Shown here: positions 10,067 to 19,290 of the stretch, piece after piece | Numbering within the stretch: position 1 is the stretch's first letter | Layout of the letters: the number at the start of each line of letters is the position of its first letter | Virus record (IMG/VR): IMGVR_UViG_3300017987_005500 | Source of the DNA: a virus | Taxonomy: Duplodnaviria; Heunggongvirae; Uroviricota; Caudoviricetes | Reading direction: 5' to 3' (one strand) | DNA length: 64,000 nt | Notes under the pieces: model-generated | Told to the model about the DNA's origin: nothing | The model's input: the letters and a program-made list of their open reading frames with translations, nothing else | Databases searched by the model: none | Position numbers and translations under genes: made by a program

Positions 10067-10513
10067 ATGGAGGATATACAAATGGATTATAATAAATTAA
10101 CTATGAATTTTCTGGAAAATCAAATCACTGATAGAGAACTTGAAATTATGAGTGCCATCTTTACCAGGCAGATTACAAAGATTGAATTTCAGCAATATGT
10201 TATCGGCGTAATTGAGCTTCTAACTGAAAGGGAAATGATGTTCCTGATGTCTCTTATAACTGAAGAGACTGCTAAGATTTTAGCAGAAAATGGAGGCAAA
10301 GTGGAGCTTGAGCTGGAAAGAATGGTTAACATTCTTATGGCAAACACTGTACTTGTTAAAAGTATTTCTGAAAAAGTTATAAGTGTTATGCATAGAATGA
10401 AATTGCAATTCAGACCTGTTGAAGATCAGCTCAAGATAATTAGATCTATGAGACCTGCAACGTTTACCGGCAAAGCTATTTACGATACTCCGGAAGATGC
10501 TACAATACATTAA
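10067..10513 (+). CDS. Hypothetical helical protein (paralogue of 9691..10044)
   Basis: Same shared motifs as 9691..10044. Confidence 0.6.
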   Translation: MEDIQMDYNKLTMNFLENQITDRELEIMSAIFTRQITKIEFQQYVIGVIELLTEREMMFLMSLITEETAKILAENGGKVELELERMVNILMANTVLVKSISEKVISVMHRMKLQFRPVEDQLKIIRSMRPATFTGKAIYDTPEDATIH

Positions 10514-10541
10514 TACTCATTATGGATATTCCATAATGGGG

Positions 10542-10562
10542 AAGGGACTTGCGTCCCTTTTT
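10542..10562 (+). terminator. Intrinsic terminator between convergent units
   Basis: AAGGGAC-TTGC-GTCCCTT-TTT. Confidence 0.75.
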
Positions 10563-10575
10563 GGTAAGTATTTTT

Positions 10576-11025
10576 TTATCCTTTTTCATATGGAAACACA
10601 ATCCAATCTTTTGGATTAAGTTCTTTGCATTTTACATCAACACTATAATTTATATGTTTGCTATATAAGACTGCAGTGTGGACTGTTGTTCCTAATAAAG
10701 TAAAATAAGATTTAACATTATCTAGAGTTCTTCCTGAGTCAACTAAATCATCAATTATTAAAACTGAAGTATAAATTGATGTAGGAGTTTGTTCAATTTT
10801 AAGCTCATGTCTTCTTTCTGTGACATCTCCTTTATCGCTATATGAATCGACTCCAATAACCTGTATTTTAGGGTTTTCATTGTCATGACTTACTATGAGT
10901 CCAGGTAAAAACCCACCGCGTGATATGGAGATGATTGGTAGGTTATTTAACTGTTTTTCTTTAATCAACTCAGCTAATATATGACAGTCTTCGATGTACT
11001 CTTCCCAGCTAATATAATTTTTCAT
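10576..11025 (-). CDS. Type I phosphoribosyltransferase (xanthine/guanine PRT-like)
   Basis: ISRGG, PRPP loop LIIDDLVDSGRTL, C-terminal WIVFPYE. Confidence 0.85.
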   Translation of the reverse strand: MKNYISWEEYIEDCHILAELIKEKQLNNLPIISISRGGFLPGLIVSHDNENPKIQVIGVDSYSDKGDVTERRHELKIEQTPTSIYTSVLIIDDLVDSGRTLDNVKSYFTLLGTTVHTAVLYSKHINYSVDVKCKELNPKDWIVFPYEKG

Positions 11026-11040
11026 TATTCGCGAATTCCT

Positions 11041-12873
11041 TTATGCTGCTTTTTTAAGATTGCTTAGTTCACTTTCCATATCTTTTATATTACTTCTAAG
11101 AACTTTAATTCTTCCATTTAATGCTTGAGAACATGATGTTTGATCAGCATGTTTTCTTATTTTAGTACATAACTTTTCTGCTTTTCTAAGATCTATAATT
11201 CTTGCTTGTGTAGCTTTTATTTCAAATGTCAACATACATGCTGACTTAACTTTAAATGATTTACCTCTACATGCTCTTGCAGCTTTTGATGCAAGTCGAC
11301 TATATGCTTTATAACTCATAGTCATTAATAGAGCAGCAGCTGCAGCACCTGAGAGTATAATAAATCCACCAGCCAATGCGGGATTTATTTTCATTTTTGC
11401 TCCTAACTCAGAAGCTCCTTTAACACTTCCCATAAGATCCATAAACATATTCTTTGGATATTTCATCTTACCAGCTATATCTTTCCACCATGAAGAGTCT
11501 TGTCGAGTCCACCAAGAACCTTGACCCGCTCCTCCAGCTCCGCCAGATCCTCCACTAGGTCTCTTTCTTGGACCAGGTCCTGGATCTCTTCCGGTTGATT
11601 TATATGTGTCATATCTTTCGCCAGCTGCTTTAAGTTTCTCAGCAGCTTCTTCAGATCTTGCATTGACTTTTGCTTTTTCAGCAGCTGACATATCTGCATA
11701 TCCCGGAGTATGATCAGGATGAGCTTTGAACATAGCTTTTCTTGCTGCAGTTTTAAGTTTTTGTAATTTCTCTAACTTAGCAGCATCAACCTTTGCTTCA
11801 GTTAAATAAAAACTTTCACCATGAAGAATATCATGATTGATTGTTTCACTTAATATACTTCCTAATATTCCAACTGAAGAAACATCAGGTTCTATAAAGT
11901 CATATCCAAGAGTCTCTGAAATCATATCTAATAATATTTCAGATATACCTTCTCTATTTTCTGGGAAGGTTCCTTCAACTGTATAATATAATATTTCATA
12001 ATCAGTAGCTTCATCTAATATAAATGCTTTATGATTATCATCTTTAACTGACTGCATTATAGACTCTCTTAATGAAGCAATGAAAACTAATGAGTCAGTA
12101 TGTTCTTGTAATGTATATTCAATATTTTCTCCAACAAGAGTTTTCTTTCCTTTTGTAAGAGTCTTTTCATATGTCTTCCAATTATTCTTTTTGATACCAA
12201 TTGAAATTCCCCATAACATTTTTACCATAGATAATATAATTACAATAGCTCCTGCCCAAACTCCAATTGCCCCAATTGCCATAGTTGTAGGAATCGTATA
12301 TACTATTGCTGATAAAAATGAAAGTATTGTTGCAATAATTGAAATCAAATCACCTGTATCACCCATTTCTTTAGATATTTGTAAACTAATATCTTTAGAT
12401 TGTTTATCAGTTCTTGTAACAAGTTTTGCAATAATTGGAGCTGGCATTTGAGCTAATATCCATACTAGCGAGGCAACAAATGAGATGGGTACTGCATAAG
12501 TTATCGACCTACCATAAATCATTACAACTTCCATTATACCTATATATACGGTACTAAGAAGATTAGCTACACCAAACTCAGTAACATCTGCTAAATCTTT
12601 TTTAAGTTTTGATGCAGGAGCTTTTCTTGACTTTTTAAATTCATTAAAATGATTTGTAACCATTTTATGAATTTGTCTATATTTAGGATCAGACTCCTTA
12701 GACTTAAGAAGTTCCTGTCCTTGTTTTTTCTCATCACCTGAAGGTTTTTTAACTCTTGAAAACTTTGACATAACCGCTTTAAGTTTATCAAGAATTTCTC
12801 CTTCAACTACAAACTCATATTCTGTCATGTTATCTGAGAACATACCTTCTAAGTATAAGTCAATAGGATTCAT
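11041..12873 (-). CDS. Multi-pass membrane protein with internal J-domain; putative virion/ejection protein
   Basis: KTAARKAMFKAHPDH...AAEKLKAAGERYDTY (J-domain HPD), Gly-rich linker, several hydrophobic helices, C-terminal Cys-containing coiled coil. Confidence 0.6.
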   Translation of the reverse strand: MNPIDLYLEGMFSDNMTEYEFVVEGEILDKLKAVMSKFSRVKKPSGDEKKQGQELLKSKESDPKYRQIHKMVTNHFNEFKKSRKAPASKLKKDLADVTEFGVANLLSTVYIGIMEVVMIYGRSITYAVPISFVASLVWILAQMPAPIIAKLVTRTDKQSKDISLQISKEMGDTGDLISIIATILSFLSAIVYTIPTTMAIGAIGVWAGAIVIILSMVKMLWGISIGIKKNNWKTYEKTLTKGKKTLVGENIEYTLQEHTDSLVFIASLRESIMQSVKDDNHKAFILDEATDYEILYYTVEGTFPENREGISEILLDMISETLGYDFIEPDVSSVGILGSILSETINHDILHGESFYLTEAKVDAAKLEKLQKLKTAARKAMFKAHPDHTPGYADMSAAEKAKVNARSEEAAEKLKAAGERYDTYKSTGRDPGPGPRKRPSGGSGGAGGAGQGSWWTRQDSSWWKDIAGKMKYPKNMFMDLMGSVKGASELGAKMKINPALAGGFIILSGAAAAALLMTMSYKAYSRLASKAARACRGKSFKVKSACMLTFEIKATQARIIDLRKAEKLCTKIRKHADQTSCSQALNGRIKVLRSNIKDMESELSNLKKAA

Positions 12874-13133
12874 TATACATCTCCATTTAATGTCTTTAAT
12901 TTAGCTTTCTCTTTTCTTAGAGACATTTCAAGAGTAAGCTTTATTTTCTTATCTTTACACTCTTTAATTTTATTTTCTAATGTAGTAATTCTTCCTTGAA
13001 CTCTTTTCAACTGAACATTGAATAATATCCCTTTGTCTTCACCGCTCTCGCTAAGTGATTGAGGAGTCTTCTTAACAATTTTAAACTTAGCATGATTTTT
13101 AAGAAGTTTTTTATACTCAGATGTTGAAACCAT
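12873..13133 (-). CDS. Small basic coiled-coil protein
   Basis: 86-aa ORF, translationally coupled to the downstream gene. Confidence 0.55.
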   Translation of the reverse strand: MVSTSEYKKLLKNHAKFKIVKKTPQSLSESGEDKGILFNVQLKRVQGRITTLENKIKECKDKKIKLTLEMSLRKEKAKLKTLNGDV

Positions 13134-13134
13134 G

Positions 13135-13593
13135 TTACCTCCAGGCGATTTCTAATGTAAAAACTGGATAATCAATTTGCCCAGTTACTACATCAGCAAG
13201 CACTCTAATGTGATCGTTTTGATTTATATTAACTTTCAAATTGTCAATCTTATTAAAGGAAGTTCCTGATAATTGAATTGACGTTATATCAGATCCTGAA
13301 ACTGTGGATCTTATTCTAAAAATTGTATTTGCTGCTATATTTTGTGTAGTTATTGTAAGGCAGGTAATTATTCCATCTCGAGGAACTGGATAACCATTTG
13401 TTAATGCATTAACTCTGCCAGTCAATAACATCCATCTTGGTCTTTTAATTTTTTTATGATCAATGCCAAATGTATAAGTTTCTCTATCCGTACTTACGTA
13501 CATTGCCCGACTTTGATCATAAAAAAAAAGAATCCCAGTATTAGGATCCTGCTTAAATCTTTGACTACTTCCAGGAATCGTATCTCTTAGCAT
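13135..13593 (-). CDS. Structural beta-sandwich protein homologous to the C-terminus of 5888..7162
   Basis: YD......S.DR....FG, [GN].[VI]P....IIT and DH[IL] align between the two. Confidence 0.55.
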   Translation of the reverse strand: MLRDTIPGSSQRFKQDPNTGILFFYDQSRAMYVSTDRETYTFGIDHKKIKRPRWMLLTGRVNALTNGYPVPRDGIITCLTITTQNIAANTIFRIRSTVSGSDITSIQLSGTSFNKIDNLKVNINQNDHIRVLADVVTGQIDYPVFTLEIAWR

Positions 13594-13984
13594 TAAGGAT
13601 CATCCTTTTTATAGATATTGCTCTTTCAACATCCTTATATAAATCATCTGTCATAAATAAAGGTTTGAATGTTGTAAAGTACATATCATTAGTCATACAA
13701 TGTCTTAAAACTTTTTTACATTGTTGTAATGGATCTGTTAAAAATAAAATAGGAATTGTATTCTTTGATATATCATCCATTATTTTAATTTTGTTACTGT
13801 AATTGCAATAACTAACGCACATATCAATCATGTAAAGATCTACATTTTTAGGATGTTTATCTTTTGTATCAAAGAGAGTGCTAAAGTTTCTATAAAACTT
13901 AACTCTAAAACCCTTTTCTTCAAGACCTTGAATGATATATGGAGATGATAATTTATTATAATCTTGATATACAATTTTAAGCAT
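13565..13984 (-). CDS. Degenerate CheY-like receiver domain protein
   Basis: DLYMIDM (acceptor-position Asp), IPILFLT, FKPL; acidic DD pair missing. Confidence 0.5.
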   Translation of the reverse strand: MLKIVYQDYNKLSSPYIIQGLEEKGFRVKFYRNFSTLFDTKDKHPKNVDLYMIDMCVSYCNYSNKIKIMDDISKNTIPILFLTDPLQQCKKVLRHCMTNDMYFTTFKPLFMTDDLYKDVERAISIKRMILNAKRYDSWK

Positions 13985-14029
13985 ATAAGTTTCCTCATAA
14001 GAGTTAAACTTAATTGCTAGGGATTTTAT

Positions 14030-14518
14030 TTATGCATATAATTTATTCACAAACTCTGGAGCAACTTTCGCATAATGATAAGTTGTGTCTTTCAATTTAA
14101 TAATTTTAGAGTTAGCATATTCTCTATAGTCTATATGAATCCACCCATTAGGAAAATACTCAGCAATTGTATTTCTATACTCAAGTTTCCCAACAATAAA
14201 ATTAAAAATTTCAATTAATGTAATATTGGATTCGACTGGTTCAATATCTGCAGCTTCTCCCCTGCAATGATTACTTGTACTACTTCCACCAATTTTTACA
14301 TTTAACTCTGGACAACGATAACCTGATTCAATCCTGAGTCTTCCAAACTGATTTCTTATAGGTTGTAAGACATTAACTGCTAACTTTTCAATACTTAACC
14401 AAACATTTTCATCAGTAGGAATATTATCAATTCCATGTCTTATAGCAGTCATTGATTTTACAAATTCGCCATACCTAAAGTTGGGTGCTCCAGGAATCTT
14501 ATCATTCAAATTTCTCAT
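14030..14518 (-). CDS. Peptidase M15A (Zn D-Ala-D-Ala peptidase / endolysin-like)
   Basis: SGYRC.ELN..IGG...SNH..GEAADI...WIHID. Confidence 0.9.
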   Translation of the reverse strand: MRNLNDKIPGAPNFRYGEFVKSMTAIRHGIDNIPTDENVWLSIEKLAVNVLQPIRNQFGRLRIESGYRCPELNVKIGGSSTSNHCRGEAADIEPVESNITLIEIFNFIVGKLEYRNTIAEYFPNGWIHIDYREYANSKIIKLKDTTYHYAKVAPEFVNKLYA

Positions 14519-14536
14519 CAGTTCCTCCCTTTATAA

Positions 14537-14827
14537 TTATTTACTAAAGAGTCCCTCATGGTCATTGTTTTCATACAATTCGCTAAGCCTATCACCCAAT
14601 AGAGTCGTTTTACCCTCTGAATATGACTTTAAGTTATGTCTCATTATTTGAAATTTCTCAACAAACTCAGATAAATTTCCTACAAGACATACCTCTGTCA
14701 TGTCGGGATCATCTTTAGTTTCAAGAACAGTCATCAACTCGTCAAGAATTTCAAATAGTTCCTTGCCGTTTTTAGAGCTAAGTATTTCCAGAAACCTCTG
14801 GGATAATCTGCTTGCTTGATCTGACAT
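14537..14827 (-). CDS. Hypothetical protein
   Basis: 96-aa ORF with RBS AAGGAG. Confidence 0.6.
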   Translation of the reverse strand: MSDQASRLSQRFLEILSSKNGKELFEILDELMTVLETKDDPDMTEVCLVGNLSEFVEKFQIMRHNLKSYSEGKTTLLGDRLSELYENNDHEGLFSK

Positions 14828-14849
14828 TTAAGTTACTCCTTTTGACTTA

Positions 14850-15359
14850 TTATTGCTTTTTATTAAATGTACCAGTTGGTCCATGTAATGCCCAATCATC
14901 TGGAACATTATATGTTACTTTATAATCCGCAATGAGTCTGTTAAGCTCATCGACTTTTCGTCCATGCTTTTGCTCAACAAGCTTACTTTCAGTTTCAAGA
15001 TTTTGCATTTGTAATTGAGCTACTAATACTCTCAATCTATCTTCTTCACTAATTTGAATTGAAGTTACTGGAGGAACTCCACCCTCATTCGATGAAGTGA
15101 AATCATCAATATGAGGATTTTCCTCAGGTTCTAAATCAAAGTCAGGAACATCATCTCCACTTCCAATTACTTTATCAAGAAGATTCTCAGTATTTTCATC
15201 TTCCTCTTCTTCAATAACATCCTCAATGACATCTTCGGTATCATCTTTCTCTGTCATTGATATTACTTTTCCAGTGCCTTTTTCAATTGTAACTTCTTTT
15301 AATTCTTTTTTGTCATCAGGGTTTTCAAATGTTTGAGCTTCAGTTATTTTCTTTGACAT
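14850..15359 (-). CDS. Acidic hypothetical protein with coiled coil
   Basis: D/E-rich N-half, coiled-coil C-half. Confidence 0.6.
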   Translation of the reverse strand: MSKKITEAQTFENPDDKKELKEVTIEKGTGKVISMTEKDDTEDVIEDVIEEEEDENTENLLDKVIGSGDDVPDFDLEPEENPHIDDFTSSNEGGVPPVTSIQISEEDRLRVLVAQLQMQNLETESKLVEQKHGRKVDELNRLIADYKVTYNVPDDWALHGPTGTFNKKQ

Positions 15360-15386
15360 ATTCTCTCATTCTCCTTAATTAAAATA

Positions 15387-15644
15387 TTATGGGGCAGCTC
15401 CAGATTGTCCAACACATCTTGGAAACCATTCAGCGCCATAATCCACAGTAACAGCACCATCACAAAATGCTGTATTTTCTGAAGTTTTATCATCAACATA
15501 TTCAATATCATATCTGGTACCATTATGTGTAAGACAAGGAACCTGATTATTATCTAAATAATCTGTATTATCTCTCATTTCAGTTAATACTTCTTTTAAA
15601 ACATATAACCCTTTTCCTTTTGGTGCTGTCCAAGTAAATGACAT
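15387..15644 (-). CDS. Putative radical SAM substrate peptide 2
   Basis: MSFTW start, EMRDNTDYLDNN..C motif, Cys at 37/61/77 in a 4-residue register; same operon as two rSAM/SPASM genes. Confidence 0.55.
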   Translation of the reverse strand: MSFTWTAPKGKGLYVLKEVLTEMRDNTDYLDNNQVPCLTHNGTRYDIEYVDDKTSENTAFCDGAVTVDYGAEWFPRCVGQSGAAP

Positions 15645-15655
15645 ATTTATACTCC

Positions 15656-16123
15656 TTATACATTCGATGGGTTATAATAATGTAACCAATTATATTGGAC
15701 AGATGCATGCCAATCTGTATTAGCAGATGAATTATCAGTTGAACATCCTGGATCATATGCTGCATTATCACTATTTAAAATTGTTGTGTAATTAGGTGTC
15801 CAATAAATACTGCAATATCCATAACATCCATGAAAACCCCCATTATACCCAGCATTATCAACTGATTCAGCAGTTCCACAATAAGGGACATATTGATTTA
15901 TATAATTTGCAGTACATACATTATTATTATCTGTATCATCAAGAGCGTTTCTTACTTCATCAGTAGGATTATAAGGAGTTAAATATGATCCTTTTGTAAC
16001 AGGTACTGATGACCAAGACCAAGAACTAAGACCAATATCTGAACGCACCGTATTTATGTTATCTTTTAATTCCTCATAATGACTTGCTTTTACTTGTTCA
16101 GCATCAGACCATACGAATGACAT
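15656..16123 (-). CDS. Putative radical SAM substrate peptide 1
   Basis: MSFVW start, EVRNALDDTDNNNVC motif, C/Y/N/W/H-rich C-terminal half. Confidence 0.55.
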   Translation of the reverse strand: MSFVWSDAEQVKASHYEELKDNINTVRSDIGLSSWSWSSVPVTKGSYLTPYNPTDEVRNALDDTDNNNVCTANYINQYVPYCGTAESVDNAGYNGGFHGCYGYCSIYWTPNYTTILNSDNAAYDPGCSTDNSSANTDWHASVQYNWLHYYNPSNV

Positions 16124-16126
16124 AAA

Positions 16127-16645
16127 TTACTCCTTATCTTTAACATCCTTATCAGAACAACTAAAAATTGTATCAATATAATGTTTTGATAATTCAAATG
16201 ATGGAGGGTTAAATGATTGATAAGTTCTTAATCTTTCTGATAGACTTTTAAATAAATGAATACAATCTCTAAATGACAAAAATCCATCTAGGAAATTTGT
16301 CAAAAATGATACTCTAATAGAAATAGATTCTAACTTCAATGTATTTTGATTATAATTATATAAAAACATTGACATACTTTTAAGAATTTTAATATCATCT
16401 TCAGACGTTTGTCTCTCTAAAGTATTGAACATTACCAAGTCAGTCATTTTAGTAAGATCAAGTTCTGTAATTACCTTATCATCATCTTCCTTTATCTTCT
16501 CATCTTTATATAATATCTCAGCACAATAAAACATCTTTTCCATAATCTCTTTTACAATAGAAGCAGACCCTTCAAAGATAGTATTTAATCTTGGTCCATT
16601 AATAAATTCAGTAATTTCAGTTTTTATTTCTTCAAATGATTGCAT
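16127..16645 (-). CDS. Helical accessory protein of the rSAM cluster
   Basis: 172-aa ORF between the rSAM genes and the peptide genes. Confidence 0.5.
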   Translation of the reverse strand: MQSFEEIKTEITEFINGPRLNTIFEGSASIVKEIMEKMFYCAEILYKDEKIKEDDDKVITELDLTKMTDLVMFNTLERQTSEDDIKILKSMSMFLYNYNQNTLKLESISIRVSFLTNFLDGFLSFRDCIHLFKSLSERLRTYQSFNPPSFELSKHYIDTIFSCSDKDVKDKE

Positions 16646-16660
16646 AATTTCTCCATTTAT

Positions 16661-17965
16661 TTAATTACAAAAAAGTTTATCAATTTCCACCAAACTTTCA
16701 CGTTTGCTATTATTTATTTTATCCAATAATGAATAAAACACTCCAACTTTCTTTAACCCTTTAACTAATGATATTATCTTAGTATGTTCTAGCATACAAA
16801 CAACATCATTAGGATAAAACAAATCATATGAATTTTCAAATTGAGATCCTAAACATCCACTTCCGCATAAAGTATTAAATAATGTGCAATGATCACATTT
16901 AGGAAAATTCTTTGTTAAGCATGACTCTATTGAAATCATTAACTCAGGTTTCTTTACATCATATACTTCAAATTCAGGAAGTTTAAGTTTCCCTATTTCA
17001 AACCATTTATATGCCAATCTATGACATGGGACAATTGTCATATCTCCAAGTCTTATCATTAATGAAGATTGAATTGAACAACCTATACCTCTTACCGTAG
17101 TTGTAAATAATGTAGATAATATATTCAATCCTTTTTTAGATAAAATATAGTCAACCATTGTATCATGATCTGAATTGCATATTCTTTTATATGCAACCTC
17201 AACCAAATACTCCATAAAACTTCCAAATTCTTTTATCTCTTCCTTATTCCAATCTGAATTTCTTACCTCTAATAAATATAAAGATTTAATTGGAATATCA
17301 TATTTCTTATACATATCAATATACCAATCAATATTATCTTTCCATTTATAAATATTAGATGAATGAATCATTGGATGGAAACCAGAACGTTTATTTTCTT
17401 TTACAAATTGGAATGCTCTTTCATAATATGCTTCATCTCTTATGTCTTTAATTTTCCCTTTATAGGGTCTTGATATCTCACAATGAAATCCTTCAACTGA
17501 AAGACTTATCATTATCTCTTTATCTTTAACAGCTTCTTGAATTTCATTTGTTTTCTTTTCATCAGTCAAGAATGTCCCATTGCTAGGAATTGTAACAGCT
17601 CCATACGTTTGAGAATATTCAGAGAATATATCAATTAACTCTAATCCTATTTTTCTATTTAATATCTCTCCTGAAAATAATAAGATTTGAGTCCTAACCT
17701 TATTGTCCATTAACCATTTATTAAATTCTCTTGCATTCTTTAATATATTCTCTTTCTTAAGACTTTCTTCATTATAATATTGATCGCCAAACTTATTATA
17801 ATAACAATACTTACATGCTAAATTGCATTTCTTATCAATTATTAATTCAATTGAATTATAACTTTCTAATATATCCGGATCCCTTTTTCCTAAATAAGCA
17901 CTTAAATGCCTCTTCCTAATTATGTCAGTTACAAGTTTGTTATTTTCTTCTTGGTAAGATTTCAT
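16661..17965 (-). CDS. Radical SAM/SPASM peptide maturase
   Basis: CNLACKYC; SGE; SPASM GC...PCHRL...CDHC....LCGSGC......C. Confidence 0.9.
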   Translation of the reverse strand: MKSYQEENNKLVTDIIRKRHLSAYLGKRDPDILESYNSIELIIDKKCNLACKYCYYNKFGDQYYNEESLKKENILKNAREFNKWLMDNKVRTQILLFSGEILNRKIGLELIDIFSEYSQTYGAVTIPSNGTFLTDEKKTNEIQEAVKDKEIMISLSVEGFHCEISRPYKGKIKDIRDEAYYERAFQFVKENKRSGFHPMIHSSNIYKWKDNIDWYIDMYKKYDIPIKSLYLLEVRNSDWNKEEIKEFGSFMEYLVEVAYKRICNSDHDTMVDYILSKKGLNILSTLFTTTVRGIGCSIQSSLMIRLGDMTIVPCHRLAYKWFEIGKLKLPEFEVYDVKKPELMISIESCLTKNFPKCDHCTLFNTLCGSGCLGSQFENSYDLFYPNDVVCMLEHTKIISLVKGLKKVGVFYSLLDKINNSKRESLVEIDKLFCN

Positions 17966-19269
17966 TATTCGCTTTTCCTCGCATTAGATACAATTTTATT
18001 TATTAATTCAAATGCTCCATTACCAAATAATCTTATTACACTTAATGGAGTTACATGCCAAGAGGATGTTACAAAGAAATTTTCTATAGGACAATATGAA
18101 CATGCATTTAAAAATATCGCCAATACTTCAGCAGCTCTTTTATCTTTGTATATAGGACTTACTTGATTAGAACTTGCACATTCCATAATCGTTGCTGTAG
18201 CAGTACAAACTCTATGAGTATAATTATCATGCAATGATCTCATGTGTAATTTCATAAATTTATGATCAAGTTTATAATATTTCTTATATACTTCAACAAT
18301 CCCACTCTTTAAATAATCAACATCGTCGTTGGTATCATTATCAAGAGTTGCAATTGAGTTAACATGATCATCATATACAAAGTATAAAGGTCTGTGACAT
18401 AAATGCATTCCATTCATTGTATCAATTGAAACATTAGAGTCACCAGCAGAGCATGTAAATTCTCTCTGCTTATTTGTATAATCTCTCATCCTAACTATTG
18501 AGGATGCCCATCTATCTGGGTATACTAAAACAGGAACTATATTTTTTAGTTCCTTAAATCTTCCTTCGTGTAATAATCTTGCTGTATTAGTTAAGTAATT
18601 ACTGAATATTTTTCCATCGTTAGATGTATAAGCTCCTGGACATATTATGGATTCTCCTATTTGCATAGGTTTGAATTTATCTCCAATAATATCCTTAATC
18701 ATTCCAGCAAAGTCATTATAATGAGAGAAGTATTCAAATGCTTTATCGTCATTGGTTAATGTCTTAAAGTTATCAATACTTCCAGTTGATTTAAAATGAT
18801 AATTAAATACACATTTATGTTTGACCAATGTCTTAACAATTTTAATAGTATTCTTTATTAATATTTCATCCTTTAACCCTCTGTTTTCTTCATTAAATAA
18901 TCCATCATCTGATATTTGCAAAGACAGTCCCAGTTTGTTTTCTGAGAGTGTCTTTGAAAATTTATCAAAATGTTTTGGAAATGTCATATTTGATGAAATT
19001 GAAACTTCCGTTAAATTTGGAAACAATTTTTTATACTTATCAAAGTTGTCAGAAATAATGTCTAAATGTAAAGTTGGTTCCCCGCCCCATAATGAGAGGA
19101 TGGTTACTTCATCTTTATTAATTACGTCAGGGATTTTAGGATCTTCTAACCACTTCATTAGATCCTTATCCATATTCTTTATCGCTTCAGTCTTCTTAAT
19201 GTAACAATATTTACATTCAAGTGTGCACTTAGCTCCACCGAATATTGATAATGCTTTGTATTCATTCAT
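17965..19269 (-). CDS. Radical SAM enzyme with partial SPASM/Twitch domain
   Basis: CTLECKYC, WGGEPT, CSAG...LCHR, CSYC; stop overlaps the next start. Confidence 0.85.
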   Translation of the reverse strand: MNEYKALSIFGGAKCTLECKYCYIKKTEAIKNMDKDLMKWLEDPKIPDVINKDEVTILSLWGGEPTLHLDIISDNFDKYKKLFPNLTEVSISSNMTFPKHFDKFSKTLSENKLGLSLQISDDGLFNEENRGLKDEILIKNTIKIVKTLVKHKCVFNYHFKSTGSIDNFKTLTNDDKAFEYFSHYNDFAGMIKDIIGDKFKPMQIGESIICPGAYTSNDGKIFSNYLTNTARLLHEGRFKELKNIVPVLVYPDRWASSIVRMRDYTNKQREFTCSAGDSNVSIDTMNGMHLCHRPLYFVYDDHVNSIATLDNDTNDDVDYLKSGIVEVYKKYYKLDHKFMKLHMRSLHDNYTHRVCTATATIMECASSNQVSPIYKDKRAAEVLAIFLNACSYCPIENFFVTSSWHVTPLSVIRLFGNGAFELINKIVSNARKSE

Positions 19270-19290
19270 AAATCATTCGCCTTTCACTTA

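Noticed and set aside
16661-19269. Both rSAM ORFs being exactly 434 aa as a sign of recent duplication
   Set aside because: The sequences are highly diverged; equal length is probably coincidence.
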